From positions 286,068,001 through 286,132,000 of the forward strand of contig OZ024741.1 in assembly GCA_964016885.1 (NCBI GenBank): 64,000 nucleotides of DNA, in the 5' to 3' direction. How positions within the stretch are numbered: position 1 is the first letter of the stretch; each line of letters starts with the position of its first letter. The notes beneath the pieces are model-generated. The model saw nothing but the letters and a program-made list of their open reading frames with translations. It did not search any database and was not told the origin of the DNA. Source of the stretch: Eledone cirrhosa (taxonomy: Eukaryota). The position numbers and the translations under genes are program-made. Positions 40,471 to 54,524 of this stretch are shown one piece after another.

Positions 40471-43210
40471 GATTTCATTTATTAGCCACAAGGGCCGACA
40501 TGTAGGGGACAATACAAACACAGGGACAGTGGGGTTTACAATAAGGTCGAGTAAAAGTGCACAATGAAAATATAAAAATATAAAATAAACTATGCATAAA
40601 TATAACAAAATAAATTCCCCGCTAGAGGGTGGACGACCCTGGGGTGACTCGGGTACCCCACCAATCCTGAACTACCCTGCGCTTCTAGGGCACCCAGGGA
40701 TAGCACCCCTCTCCTCAAGTTAGCTAGCCTATAGGCGCATGGTCAGAGTAGGCCCATTCACACGAGCCATTCTCGCCACATTCACCCACCTTTTAGCAAA
40801 TGTTCTGGGGAGCAGCACTTCTCTCTCCACCCTCACCTTCCTTTCCAGGTGAAACTTGAAGAAGTTGATGAGGGATTGGCCGAAGAGAAAAGTGTCTGTC
40901 TTTAGTCCTTTCAACCTGGTCCACCATATAATCTCTTTCGCAACTGCCACCAGACAGAGGAAAATTTCCTGCTCTTCCTTACCTAAGGAAGGCGGTGGAT
41001 CGATCTTCACTATGGACTCGGCCGATAGCCGGACTCGTTCCACACGCGACAGTAGCTGTTCGACATAACTCCACAAGTCAGTAATGCACGGACATTGGAG
41101 AAGTGCGTGCAGAACGGTTTCGTTGTTCTGTGCGCATCTTGGGCAGGTCCGTCTGACAGCACTTCCGTGCCTGTAGAGATTATCCCGAACCGGCAGTGCC
41201 CCCCGGTAGCACTGCCAAGCGAGGGATTTCTGGAAATTGTCCATCGTCCCCGGCTCAAAAGTCCTCCGGTACAGACTGGTCAGTTCAACTTCTCCGAGTG
41301 CGTCATCGCACTTGCCCACCACTAATCCTCTATAGAACTCGAGAGTGGAAGTTCCACTGATCGCATTGCCCGCTTGGTAGAGGGCAGTGAGTGCCTGGCA
41401 ACATTCCAGGTGCCAGTCTCCCAGTCTCGGTCTCTTCTTGACCCAGGACTGCAGCTCAGTCAAACAAATGAGCTGCGGAAAGGCCCGTCTGAATAACGGC
41501 GACCACACCTGTTCACCGTTGAGGCAGAATATCTGGAGATGTCGCAGCCTCAACGCATGTCTGCGCATCATTAGCCACGGCATGCCCAGCCCTCCGCGTA
41601 GCGGTTGCTGGCAGCAGATGAACCGCCTCACCAACGGAACTTGTCCCCTCCACCAAAATTTGAAGAGGAGCCGTTCCAACTTGACGAGGGGCGGACGGGG
41701 GCAAGGCACGACGGTCAGGCGGTAGTAGATGATGGACGCGATGTACGCCACCTCCGCGCGACCTTTCAGTGATAGCTTCCTCCCAGCCCATTTTTGGGTG
41801 AGACTGGCTACTCTGCTCGTTACCTCGTCCCAATTATTTTCCACCTGGAGGTCTGGTCCGAACCAAACCCCGAGCAACTTTACCGGTCCGTCCGTCCAGA
41901 CCCCACGACGCTGTTGGACAGCATGGGCTTGCCTCTCCAGCTTCCGAGCTGCAAGCCTACCGACTTTTCCGGGTTAAGTTTGGCTCCTGTCAATCTTTCA
42001 TATTCCTTCAATAAGGTGCCGACCACCTCGATTTCTGAAGTGTTCGACACCATCACGGTGATGTCGTCTGCATAAGCCGACACCGCCTTTCCACGTCCCG
42101 GTTCGAGCGGGATGCCGTGCAACAGCTCCACCTTCCGCAGTAAAGGCTCGAGAGTCAATACGTACAGAAGGGAAGAGAGAGGGCACCCTTGACGGACCGA
42201 TCGGGAGAGCCGAAATGGTTCCGAGAGGTGGCCATTAACCTTGACCACCGAGCGTGTGCCGCTGTGCATTGCAACGATCCAGCTTCTAAAGACAGGGCTG
42301 AAGCCAGCTGCCTTAAGGACAAACTCCAGATACTGATGGTCGACCCTATCGAATGCTTTCGATGGATCTAAATTGATCAGTGCTCCACCGAAGCCAGGTT
42401 TACACCCTACCCTCTCTATGATGTATCGTGTATGGACCTGGCTGGGATTGCGCAAGTTTGCGCCTCCCCAACCAAATCCTCGATGAGGAGCGCCAATCTC
42501 TTTGCTAACACTTTGGCCAAAATCTTAAACTCTGTGTTGAGCAGAGTTATGGGCCTGAAGTTGTCTAATGTATCCCTCTTGTTCTCGTCTTTCCTTATCA
42601 GCGTCACCACTCCCCTGCTCACAGAACTGTGAATACTCCCATTCTGCTGCCAGTTGCAGTAGAGTGCTTCGAGGAGTTGGAGAACAAGTCTGGCATATTT
42701 ACGTAAAGCTCGTAGAGCAGGCCATCCAAACCGGGTGACTTGCGCCTCATGCAGCCGACAAGAGCGTCCTGAATTTCGGCTGAAGTAATTGGCCTTTCGC
42801 AGCGCTCAGCGTCGACCGTGGAGATGCGCGGCATGCCGTCAAGGTAGGGACTGAAATCCGCTACTCTTTCTGACTCGCCACTCACCCTGAACAACCAAGA
42901 AAAGTGCTGGCGAAAGGCCTCACACATCCGCTTGGAATCGCTTATCTCGTGTCCGTCTCGGTCCGCCAAAGACCGAATTGTGGTTTTATTACCACGCTGC
43001 GCCTCCGCCACACGGGCCCATCGAACAGCTTTAGTTCCCTCGTTGCTCAGCGCACGCGCCTTAGTTCTGACAATGCAACCTTCGTGTTTGGCATTGAAGA
43101 AATGGTCTAATGCCATTCTCGCCGCTTGCACATCAGTTGCGATGCCACTACAAATAGCCTCGTCTAACTTATCTACCAGCTCCCCCTCCTTTCTATTTTT
43201 CTCTAACGCT
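40471..43210 (-). mobile_element. L1/Tx1-clade copy C (5' truncated ORF2 pseudogene, closest to copy A)
   Basis: ORFs 42619-43224, 42416-42622, 41880-42455 (YADD), 40729-41877; 3' end CCCTTGTGGCTAATAAATGAAATC-(ATT)n. Confidence 0.92.
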
Positions 43211-43351
43211 TGTACTAGTTTCAAGCTTATTAGCTATCGTCGGTACCCCGGCCGATTAACTCACTCGATATGCAAATTAGGCTGCTCAGTCGTTAATATG
43301 CATAAGGAAAGTATATACTTTCAGACGTTCAATCATCTGGCAGGAAGGTTT

Positions 43352-43394
43352 ACGTTGCTGACGATAGCTAATAAGCTTGGAACTAGTACAGCGT
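43352..43394 (+). ncRNA. Minimal hammerhead motif in a solo pLTR fragment (43206-43510, inverted arms 43206-43241 and 43360-43395)
   Basis: ACGTTG-CTGACGA-T-AGCT(AATA)AGCT-T-GGAA-CTAG-TA-CAGCGT; the mirror arm keeps GAAA. Confidence 0.7.
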
Positions 43395-43675
43395 TCCTTT
43401 GTCAGTGTTGAACAAATGAGCAACGATGGTTGCTAGACACTGTACGGCTTAATTCGGGATGTTTGTTTACAAACACACCGAGCATTATATTAAATGTTCG
43501 GTGAATCCATACGTACATATATATATGTGTGCATGTATGTATATATATATACATACTACTGTACGTCTGTATACATATATGTATGTACGTATACATACTT
43601 ATATTTCATTTCTCATTCTTAGTACGACTGTTACTTAAATATAAGTATGTATACGTACATACATATATGTTATAT

Positions 43676-43785
<110 letters not shown>

Positions 43786-43991
43786 TCGACTTTTTTGTCA
43801 AATCGGACAGAGGGAACAATGTTTCCGTTGGTCTTTCCAATTGCTAATACTATCTATCGGTCGCAACTCCAGGTAGAAGGAGCAACGTGAAATAAAGTGT
43901 CTTGCTCAAGGACATAACGCATCGCCTGGTCTAGGAATCGAACTCACAACCTTACGATTGCGAATCCAATTTCCCAACCACGCAGCCACAC

Positions 43992-44073
<82 letters not shown>

Positions 44074-44514
44074 TTTATAAACTTAAATAATGCGTTTATG
44101 TAAAATAAATAAACAAGGACAAAATAAACAACTTACAACTGAATCAACCTACATCGAAATTGATAGCCAAAAAACAAAGAAGGGACTGTTTCTTCGGTAA
44201 AATTAATCACCAGCGGCATCGAACAACTCCTAAGAGGCAGATGGTGAAGTCATAACAACACGTTATAAGGCAGCACATTTTATGATGCATTCGAATGTTT
44301 CATTAAGATTTACAGGGTTCTACATACCTGCACACATAGATATCCACACATGTATTGACACATATACATACGTGTATGCATGTTGGTCTTTGTTTATATA
44401 TATATATATATATATTGTTATACTTTGGGAGGGTCATGTTGCCAATAAGTATAACAATATCGGTTTCAACACACGATTTCAGATAAAGAATCTTGCTAAA
44501 CAAATTCAGAAACG

Positions 44515-44553
<39 letters not shown>

Positions 44554-44602
44554 AAATTAAATTAAGGGTGTCATGTCTGAGAGACATGCGCTATATCCAC
44601 TG

Positions 44603-44663
<61 letters not shown>

Positions 44664-44732
44664 GTATATATATACATATATATACATACATACACACTCA
44701 CCCCGACACACACACATATATATAGAAATGTG

Positions 44733-44763
<31 letters not shown>

Positions 44764-44805
44764 ATACACAAACATATACAAATACATATATATACATATA
44801 TATAT

Positions 44806-46495
44806 ATAATATATAAGATCAAAAGATGGTTAAAAGAGTTCCATGTATTTTATTATGCGCATTTCAAAAACAAATATCATCATGCGATGACATTTGCGTT
44901 TTCATGAGATAAAATAGGGAGATATGATATGAAGGTTAAAAAACACTTGTGAATAGTGCAGTTTTAAATCAACATATGAAAAGTAGTTTTAGATTGATGT
45001 GTGATATTGGGGAAAAAAATGAGGGGGGGGGGGGTGAAAAAGAGGAGGAGATGAGAGTAAAGAATGGAGAGGGAGGAATATAATAAGGGAGGAGAGATGG
45101 GTGATAGAGAGAGAGATAGCTTTTATAACAGAAAAATATATTGTTTTACAGAGAGAGGTTAAAAAACCGTTGGAAGATAATATATAAATTAAAAGAATTT
45201 GAAAATTAACGAAGAGAATATAAGACTAGTTACCCATTCTATATCATTTCTATTTATCACTTCCCTTTCTTCCTTTTAATTTCTAACCTCTAATCTGTAC
45301 CTTTTCTTCCTAGATACTTCTCAATTCTCATTATTACTCACCACAATATATCCACTCTTCCTTCTTCCATCCTATCACTGGCCATAAAACTTACTATTAC
45401 CCTTTTAAATACTTTATAGTATCACCTTGAAAAATCCTTCGCAAACAAACATTTTTTTTTACGATAGAATTCATCCTCAATTCATTATTTTTTTCTCCCT
45501 TTCATGCTCGTCTAACTTACACATCCCAACACATAAAAACAAACTTAAACCCTAACTAATCTCCTTTATTACCATTAGGAAATACTTCATAAACATACAT
45601 ATTTTGATGTTAAAGTCTTCTCCTTAAACACTATCTCCTTCTATGCTTTCTGCGCTCATTTGTAAACAAACTATTTATATATTACACATACATATTACTT
45701 TACATAAAAACATACTTAAACACTAACTAATTCCTCTAAATTCATAATTCATCCACTCTTCTACTTCTTTTCACAATATATCCTTAATTACATTACAATT
45801 TTTATTTTTAATAATACATATCAACAATTTCTTTCCATCGCACATGTTATTAAACCCTTCAATATTCAAACCTTAACTTAATATTATTCTTAATACATAT
45901 TAACAATTTCTTTTCATCGCACATATTATTAAACCCTTCAATATACAAACCTTAATTTAACTTTATTCTTAAATTTTTCTCTTCGTTAATTTTCAAATTC
46001 TTTTAATTTATATATTATCTTCCAACGGTTTTTTAACCTCTCTCTGTAAAACAATATACATTTCTCAGTTATAAAAGCTATCTCTCTCTCTATCACCCAT
46101 CTCTCCTCCTATCTCATCCTTCCTTATTATACTCCTCCCCCTCCATTCTTTACTCTCATCTCCTCCTCTTTTTCATCCTTTCCAACCCACCCCCCTCAAT
46201 TTTTTTCCCAATATCACACATCAATCTAAAACTACTTTTCATATGTTGATTTAAAACTGCACTATTCACAAGTGTTTTTAACCTTCATATCATATCTCCC
46301 TATTTTATCTGATCAAAACGAAAATGTCATCGCATGATGATATTTGTTTTTGAAATGCGCATAATAAAATACATGGAACTCTTTTAACCATCTTTTGATC
46401 TTATATATTATTTATACTCCAGTCCTACAAACTGTAGAGTGCTACTTATCCGATATCTGCATTGCTTTATTGTACTACAATAAAACTCACCTCCT
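44806..46495 (+). mobile_element. Non-coding PLE-type element: inverted arm 44806-45218, spacer, direct arm 45977-46411, tail into (TA)n
   Basis: ~420-bp inverted repeat with an HHR motif in each arm; ~78-bp tandem duplication in the spacer (~45812-45970). Confidence 0.75.
46301..46371 (+). ncRNA. Hammerhead motif (core CTGATCA); mirror at 44846-44916(-) has core CTCATGA
   Basis: TATTTTAT/ATAAAATA stem I, long stem II AAATGTCATC(GCAT)GATGATATTT, GAAA-TGCGCA-TA. Confidence 0.72.
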
Positions 46496-46842
46496 ACATA
46501 TATATATATATATATATATATACATAAACGCATATATATATATATATATGCACACATTATTTATTTACATATAGAGGGAGATGTGAGTGTGTGTGTGTGT
46601 GTGTATGCATACCAATGCTGGTATATTTGGAAGTAGATTCTGTGTGTTGGGAATATGAGAGATATCAAGACTGTGATTACGGTTTTAATTAAGATATCAT
46701 TCTAGGAATTTATGGTAGTCTTTTATATAACACTATATTAGCAAGCTGTCCCCGAATTTTCTATTTTCTTTTTTCTATTTTTTCTACCGTCTTCTGTTCT
46801 ATGTTTGAATTCACATATCCTGTTATATAATTCTGCAAATAA

Positions 46843-46913
46843 CACCTGATGAAATCACTTAATCTTGCATCATAATCGGATGATAGAGCTGGGCCATCGA
46901 AATATGTATAGTG
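46843..46913 (+). ncRNA. Degenerate hammerhead motif
   Basis: CAC-CTGATGA...GAAA-TATGTA-TA-GTG; same loop III as 30792; stem II eroded. Confidence 0.5.
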
Positions 46914-47130
46914 CTTTCGCGGAATTAAAATTCTAAAGTAAATTTTCCAGTCCGACCTTCTTTTCTTGGTTTAATAAATACTTTACTCCGTTCTTGCACT
47001 AACCTCTCGATACTACATCTACGATGGATGATTTGCCAAACTTTGAGTGCTTTATTTAATTTATTGCATCATCGTTTACCAAACCAATGCACCGGTTCTA
47101 TCCATTAGTAAAGAGCCTAACATAAATAAT

Positions 47131-47312
47131 TTTTTCTACTATAGGCACAAGGCCAGCAAATTAACCAGTACATTACTGGTACTTTATTTTATCGACCCCG
47201 TAAGGATGAAAGGCAAAGTTAACGTCGGCGGGATTTGAACTCAGACTGTAAAGGGACGTAACTATGCGTCAAAGCATGGCGTCCAACACTCTACCGATAC
47301 TGCCAATTCACC
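47131..47312 (-). mobile_element. Main-family SINE with 18-bp TSD; another copy at 47636-47820(-)
   Basis: TSD GAGCCTAACATAAATAAT at 47113-47130 and 47313-47330. Confidence 0.92.
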
Positions 47313-47348
47313 GAGCCTAACATAAATAATATTGTATATATATATATC

Positions 47349-47389
<41 letters not shown>

Positions 47390-47952
47390 AGTGTTTTTCC
47401 GTAAAATTAGTCTAATCAGCCGATGTATAGCTTTGAAAATACTATGTATTCTCAACAGTTCTAGTGGGTAGTAAAGACGAGGGAACACATAGTCTTCATA
47501 AGGAGCAATAACTCCGAAATGATTGTAAACTATTTTCTCTCTGCGCAGCTGAAACAAAGGATGATGCCAGTCATCTAGAAAAGACACATGGAATCATGAG
47601 GCTGTTAGCTTGCAAACGAACCGAATATTAAAAATTGATTCTTCTTTTGGCACAAGGCCAGCAATTCTGCCAGTGCATTACTGGTACTTTATTTTATCTA
47701 CCCTCGTAAAGATAATAGACAAAGTTAACCTCGGCGGGATTTGAAATCAGACCGTAAACGGCCGTAACTCTATGCCGCAACGCTTGACGTCCGACCCTCT
47801 ATCAATACTGCCAATCCACCAAATATTAATAATTTTATTATATTATTATTATTCACTCACGAATACATTTAGGTATCCGCTATGTTAAAGCGAAAACAAA
47901 TTTTGTTTCATATATCGTATGTATATATATATAGAGAGAGAGATTCATGAAA

Positions 47953-48004
<52 letters not shown>

Positions 48005-48006
<2 letters not shown>

Positions 48007-48134
48007 TTAATATAGAAATGGCTTCTACAGGACTAGAACTGTTTTATTCGCAGGAAATCATCAGGAAAGCTTTCCTTATGATTTCCACCGAATGAAACAG
48101 TTCTAGTCCTGTGGAAGCTTTTTCTATATTAAAT
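48005..48134. repeat. 130-bp palindrome of an HHR-like pLTR fragment; single-arm relative at 55130-55190(-)
   Basis: Centred on AAGCTT; consensus of arms CTGATGA-T-TTC(NNNN)GAA-T-GAAA-CAGTTC-TA; stem I not recoverable. Confidence 0.75.
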
Positions 48135-48480
48135 ATTTATACTCTGCTATGTATTGAGAACCTTACTCGGGATAAACATATATATATATATATGTGTGTG
48201 TGTGCGTGTGTGTATGTGTGTGTGTATTTGTCTGTCTGCCTGTCTGTGTCTGTGTGCGTGTTTGTGTGTATGACTATATACTAATTTTATCTAATAATTG
48301 TACCTTGTTCAACATTAACCTAACCTAACAAAAGGATTGGGGTGGTCCCTGAATTATGCCCAACACTGTACATGAGTACGCAAGCATAATTATGTAGATG
48401 TGCGTGTGCGTTTATGCATGCATATGTAACGTTTGTACATATGTATATATGTCCGTATGTACATATGTTTGTATGTATGC

Positions 48481-48552
<72 letters not shown>

Positions 48553-49017
48553 TCATGTATGTACGTATGTATGTATGTATTTATCTTTGTATGTATGTGC
48601 GTATGTATGTATGTTTGTATGAATGTATTTATATATGTATATACGTATGTATACAAACATATTTGGAAATCGAAACGATTTTCAATTGGACTTAATCCAA
48701 AAAACGGATTATTATATTTAATCGAAATAACTTGTAATCTTAATTCGTGTCCATAAAGCTCACAAATAATAGTTTGTGCTTAGACATAACATCAATATGG
48801 TGAGAAATGTGTAGAATTTCAACGTAGTTCCAACCAGCTAATTTTCCTTTGTCGATATTGGGAGGAATTTGTTTTCGATATTTCTCAATAATTCATACAT
48901 ATATGCTTTAAAACACGCGCGCATTCGCACTGAACACTCATACAAGAATATGACTGACACTGAAAAATCAGATGCATATCGTACATATATATATATATAT
49001 AGAGAGAGAGAGATATA

Positions 49018-49166
<149 letters not shown>

Positions 49167-49202
49167 TGAGAGAGAGAGAGATAGATAGATATGTATTTAT
49201 GT

Positions 49203-49234
<32 letters not shown>

Positions 49235-49405
49235 GGTCCTCAGTAATATTATTCTGATGAAATGACAGTAAATAATAACATTGAAATATTGAATGTCTGC
49301 ATAACTAAAAGTTTGTAGATAGCAGCTGTTTTAGGTTACGTAACTGTTATAGAAACACGTGTCAATAAATTCCTTTCAACTAAACTGTATCCATTCAAAT
49401 CTTTC

Positions 49406-49531
<126 letters not shown>

Positions 49532-49683
49532 CAGATATATATATATACATATATATATATATTGGAAAATGTGTGAATCCTTGGTACAGTTAGGTATATT
49601 TGAAAAAAAGGAAAAGAATGACTTCAGTTGTAGTGTTAAAGACTTTATGATATAATATTATATTATGAGTTGGTAGATCCAGT

Positions 49684-49730
<47 letters not shown>

Positions 49731-49739
49731 GTATAAATA

Positions 49740-49781
<42 letters not shown>

Positions 49782-49784
<3 letters not shown>

Positions 49785-50861
49785 GCATTCTTCAATTTCC
49801 TCGGCCACACGTACAAACAGATCTCTGGGCTACCTATGGGCTCTAGTCTGTCCGGCATACTTGCGATCTCGTACATGGACCACCTGGAACGCAAGGCACT
49901 CAACACCTGCCAACCCAACGCCGTCGCCCTCTACTCCAGATACGTCGATGACATACTGATACTCACTTCTTCCCGGGAGATGGCGAATGAAATTCACCAA
50001 ATCTTCAACGACACTGACCATCACGTCGATTTCACCATCGAACACCCTGGAGAAGACGGGTCACTCGCCCTCCTCGACTTCCGTATCAACATCTCGGAAG
50101 AAGGAGACATAAACACCACCTTCTACCGCAAGGCAGCGTGCAAGGACTTATTTGTGCATTACAACTCAGCCCTCCCCAACAACGCTAAGAGAGGCTATGT
50201 CCTAAATGAACTTACACGGATCACTAATAGATGCAGCGACCCGATGGGTGGTCTCACCCATACCACGCAATTCCGTAATCTACTCAAGTCTAATGGATAT
50301 CCCAAGCGACTGATTAACGGAATTAGAGACCCCAGACCCAATAGACAGACACCCACTAGAAACTTAGATAAAAGCAGGTGCTTCTTTAAAATCCCCCACC
50401 TGAGTGAATATACCACGAACGCCATCCGCAGGGCCATACGGAGGGAGGGACTTGACATACATTTGGCCCACACAGGACCTTCGCTCCGCAGATGCCTCTC
50501 CAACAAACCCGACGAGTCAGATGGGACGTGTTCCCTCAGCAACTGCCCGATACGGGGGGCAGATTGCCTACGCACCTATGTCGTATATAAGATTCAATGC
50601 GATAAATGTAACAAGTTTTACATAGGTAGCACCATCCGACCCCTACATGTTCGTATCAAGGAACATGTCAACACCAACGCATCTTCCTTCCGTAAACACA
50701 TCCTTAAATGCGGAAACCCACAGGGCAGACCCTTGGTCACAGTCCTAGCGACTGAACGCAGCATCGGATCCTTAAGGATAAAGGAAGCACTTGTTATTAA
50801 GAACCTCAGACCCCCACTTAACAACCGGGCTGAGAGAAATGAGCTGACATGGCTAATTTAA
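49782..50861 (+). CDS. PLE RT C-terminal half and GIY-YIG endonuclease (uninterrupted but 5' truncated, so not a complete gene)
   Basis: YKQISGLPMGS, RYVDD, LLDF, YRK, NGYP, VVYKIQC..C..FYIGST, RIKEH, EALVI, PPLN. Confidence 0.88.
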
Positions 50862-51283
50862 CCATAGTGACCAGTAACAGCCCCTGCGGCCTACTATTTT
50901 CACACACACGCACTTATATGTATACCCATACACATACACACACACATCTATATTTATACACGCACACATGTTTATACAACCTACCACCTTTCACACTCTT
51001 TGATTTCCAGCTTCTATCTTTCACACACTATCTTTCACACACACACACTCACATACATACACACATACACATACACACACACAGTTACACACACATATTT
51101 TACGGCTTTCCCATGCTAGCGCACCCTATTGATTTAACCCAATTGGTCAGTAGCTTTTGCCACAGCCTATCACGCGCACGCGCATTCTTTCCCTCGTTTG
51201 AATTTTCCCCATAACGGCATTCCTATGTTTTAACGAAAATACAACTTTCTCCGGCTTAGCCTGTTCCCCCCCTTTTGGAACTT

Positions 51284-51319
51284 TCCCCCGTTGATGGGCG
51301 TGAGCCCGAAATATTGGGA
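51284..51319 (+). ncRNA. Atypical hammerhead-like motif (core CCGTTGA)
   Basis: TCCC-CCGTTGA-T-GGGC(GTGA)GCCC-GAAA-TA-TT-GGGA; topology intact, two core deviations. Confidence 0.5.
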
Positions 51320-51715
51320 TTAAATCTCCACTACGGTAACCCTTCTACCTTTGTTTTGTTTTCATTTTCATTTTCACTTTTCTCCTATTTCTCACTCACT
51401 TCTTACCTCGAGATTTCCCATCTGCATTGTTGTGGCTTTCTAAACTACATATTTTACACATTTCACAATGCTTCAAGCAAACTTTAACACCCTCATATAT
51501 ATATATATAAAATAAAATAAAATAAATAAGTCAAATGTTTAAAATTTGGCTTCGTTTATTACTGCTATATATATTTCGGTGACAGCCATCTTACATATGT
51601 ACGATTACAGTTCCACAGTGAAATAACAACTAAACCAGGAACTGGGCATATCAGAGTATTGACAAAGTTAAACACCTCAACAGTATGTGTACTCGTCTCT
51701 ACCACACTAATTCGG

Positions 51716-51770
51716 ACTGCCTGAAGAGGTCACAGCCAAAGATGGCTGTCACCGAAATATATATAGCAGT
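51716..51770 (+). ncRNA. Minimal type-I hammerhead in a solo pLTR with inverted arms 51508-51592 and 51739-51823
   Basis: ACTGC-CTGAAGA-GGT.ACAGCCA(AAGA)TGGCTGT.ACC-GAAA-TATATA-TA-GCAGT. Confidence 0.85.
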
Positions 51771-51971
51771 AATAAACAAAGCCAAATTTTAAACATTTGA
51801 CTTATTTATTTTATTTTATTTTACATTACTCCGGAGTAACCAAACCAATCTGCGCACTTCGTCGAGTGCTCCTGCCTGCATACTAATGTGTTGGTATACA
51901 ACTAACATATACTCAAAATTTATATATATATATAAATATATATATATATATGAAATATATACATATATACA

Positions 51972-52014
<43 letters not shown>

Positions 52015-52371
52015 AGAAGAAGTTTATGAAATGGAAATGCGGGTATACAGAATTTATTAGGTAACAATTGTTTCTATAGTGTATGGGTTACCTATACCTC
52101 GCTATTTGAATAATATAAAAATATTATCATAAACCGAAGGTACACTGTAAGCAGACACACCATATCGTCAGACCCTTGTATTGGAATGATATGAAAATAT
52201 TTTATACACTAGATAAAAGATAAAGAAGGAGGTAGGAAGAGAAGGGGAAGAGGGAAGTGAGTAAGGTGGAGGGAGTCTTAGGATTTAAGACTGTCAGACT
52301 AGTAGAGATTGTAAGGAGAGAATGTTTTGGCAGCAGTTAGCTTAATGAGGCGTATATATATATATATATAT

Positions 52372-52978
52372 GATGGCTGCCCCCTCGTTATCGAGTAAGG
52401 CCATTGCACGATATAACATTATTAATAATAATTAATTAATTCTATCGTGCAATGCCTATGCGTGAAGATATTTTTTAAAGTGAGGAAAGACTGTGCACTG
52501 ACCCAATCCAACTCTCTGAGCGACAGTAGCTATAACCCGAAAAGAAGAAAAGATCAACATCATCGGTAACTACTGAGCCGCAGGTTTTATATCGGAGTTA
52601 TCCTAGTTTCCTGAGTTGCCTTCTCCTAGAAGAATACCCTGACAAAGGCTAGATGTCCTTCACTCCCAGTGGTTTAAACCGCGCGATCGAGTATACAGCC
52701 CGACTATTTCTATGTCCCCGCACATATACATACACATGCACCCATGTATATACATATGTACATGTGTATATACATATTTACACACTTTTGGATGGCTATT
52801 GACACTTATGAGTTCTTCCGCCCTTTGTCAGGTTTTGTTTTTTTCCTGCAGGGTGTCCAAAATCACCCTCCTCACCAAGTAATCTTAGTGGGGTTTCCAG
52901 TTTAGTCGCCGACGACCCGACCATGCGACAGGTTGTACTGAGTTACATGTTACCAGTACCACTCAAGAGTAACCTGAC
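52372..52978 (-). mobile_element. RTE-derived non-autonomous element, copy 2
   Basis: Colinear with 56243-56850; GGAGAAGG.AACTC motif; flanked by TA/TACA repeats. Confidence 0.7.
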
Positions 52979-53206
52979 ATACATAGATACATACACACAT
53001 ACATTCATACATTCATACATACGTACATACACATACACACATATACATACATATACCCACACATACATACAAACGAACGTACATACATACATATATACAT
53101 ACATACGTACATACATATGTACATATATACACACTGTACATATATATAAATATATACAGGTATATATATATGTGTATATATATATATATATATATACATA
53201 TATATA

Positions 53207-54295
53207 GCGGCGATGAATTAGTTTTGCGAGGTTTTTTATATGAAATCGTGTGTCATGTTTGTGGACGCCACCCCTGGAGGGAAATTAGCTAACCAGTGTA
53301 GAAAGGCCCTGAGAAAGACCCACTTAAAAATAAAGGTCGTAGAAAAGCCATGAACCACCATAAAATCCCTGATCAGCAAAACCTAACCTTTTAAGAAAAC
53401 CCACTGTACCAATAGGAAATGTATCATATGTAAGGTGAACGCCCGGATAAACTGTAAAACTAGAAACGTAGTCTATAGCATAAGATGTACAGAGGGTACT
53501 TGCAGAAACATGACAACAACATACATAGGTGAGACAGCTCGTAGCATAGGTGAAAGGATAGACCAACACTGGGGGGAACTAAAAGGACGAAAAAACGGGT
53601 CAGTACTATACGAACATGCTAGACAACAACATGACGGTAACATAGACAACATAGAAATTAGAATAATATCTAAACATAGAAATGACCCAGCAGATAGGCA
53701 AATCAGAGAGGCCAGTGAAATAGAAATTAGAAGACCAAAGCTAAACAGAAAGAATGACTGGAATAACAACAACACCCAAACAAACAACACTGACCTAAGA
53801 GAAGTATAAATAAGTAAATAAAATAAGATAAATAAATAAATCAATACATACACAAGCACAATAACAACAAGCACATAAACACACACTAGTCACCCATCAC
53901 ACATCAAACATAACACTATACACACACGCAAACGCATGCGCAAAGAAGACAAAATAAAATAAACAAACAAGCAAATAAATAAATAAATATATAGACAGAC
54001 TGAATAAAAATGGCGTAGGCATACAACACAACAGGAGGAAAATATAAAAAATATAACACCACTGACGATGTTGCAGATGTGCAACGAAAGATTTATGATA
54101 AACTATATATATGTGTGTGTGTCTATATTGTATCTGTATTATTTTTGACCGTCGGTGAGTCAATGGCAACATTGAGGACCGAGTAAGTTAGATTACCGAT
54201 AAAAAAGACAGCGAGAAGCGAAAACCAACCAAACAGTGAGTGTGTTCTGTTATTAATTCTGGCAATATTACACAAATATGACCCTCCCCAAGTAT

Positions 54296-54299
<4 letters not shown>
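53207..54299 (+). mobile_element. Penelope-like element 3 (GIY-YIG remnant 53207-53809 plus 3' pLTR), bounded by (TA)n
   Basis: NVVYSIRC..TYIGET.R..ERI.QH, RQIREA..I, PKLN. Confidence 0.85.
54057..54100 (+). ncRNA. Degenerate minimal hammerhead in the PLE 3 pLTR
   Basis: CACCA-CTGACGA-T-GTTGCA(GATG)TGCAAC-GAAA-GATT-TA-TGATA; stem I has two mismatches. Confidence 0.6.
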
Positions 54300-54337
<38 letters not shown>

Positions 54338-54474
54338 CCGGGTGATGTGTTGTTTCCTTGAGCAAGACACTTTATTTCCAGCATCCAGCTGTAGAAATCA
54401 AGCCAGAATCAGTTCCCGTCATACCCTTGCAAGCAGGGAAAAGCGGACGTAAAATGATGATATATATATATGTA

Positions 54475-54524
<50 letters not shown>

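Larger units (their letters stand above)
49782..51495 (+). mobile_element. Penelope-like element 2, 5' truncated, bounded by (TA)n
   Basis: Open RT-GIY-YIG frame, CA-rich 3' UTR, HHR-like motif at 51284. Confidence 0.9.
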
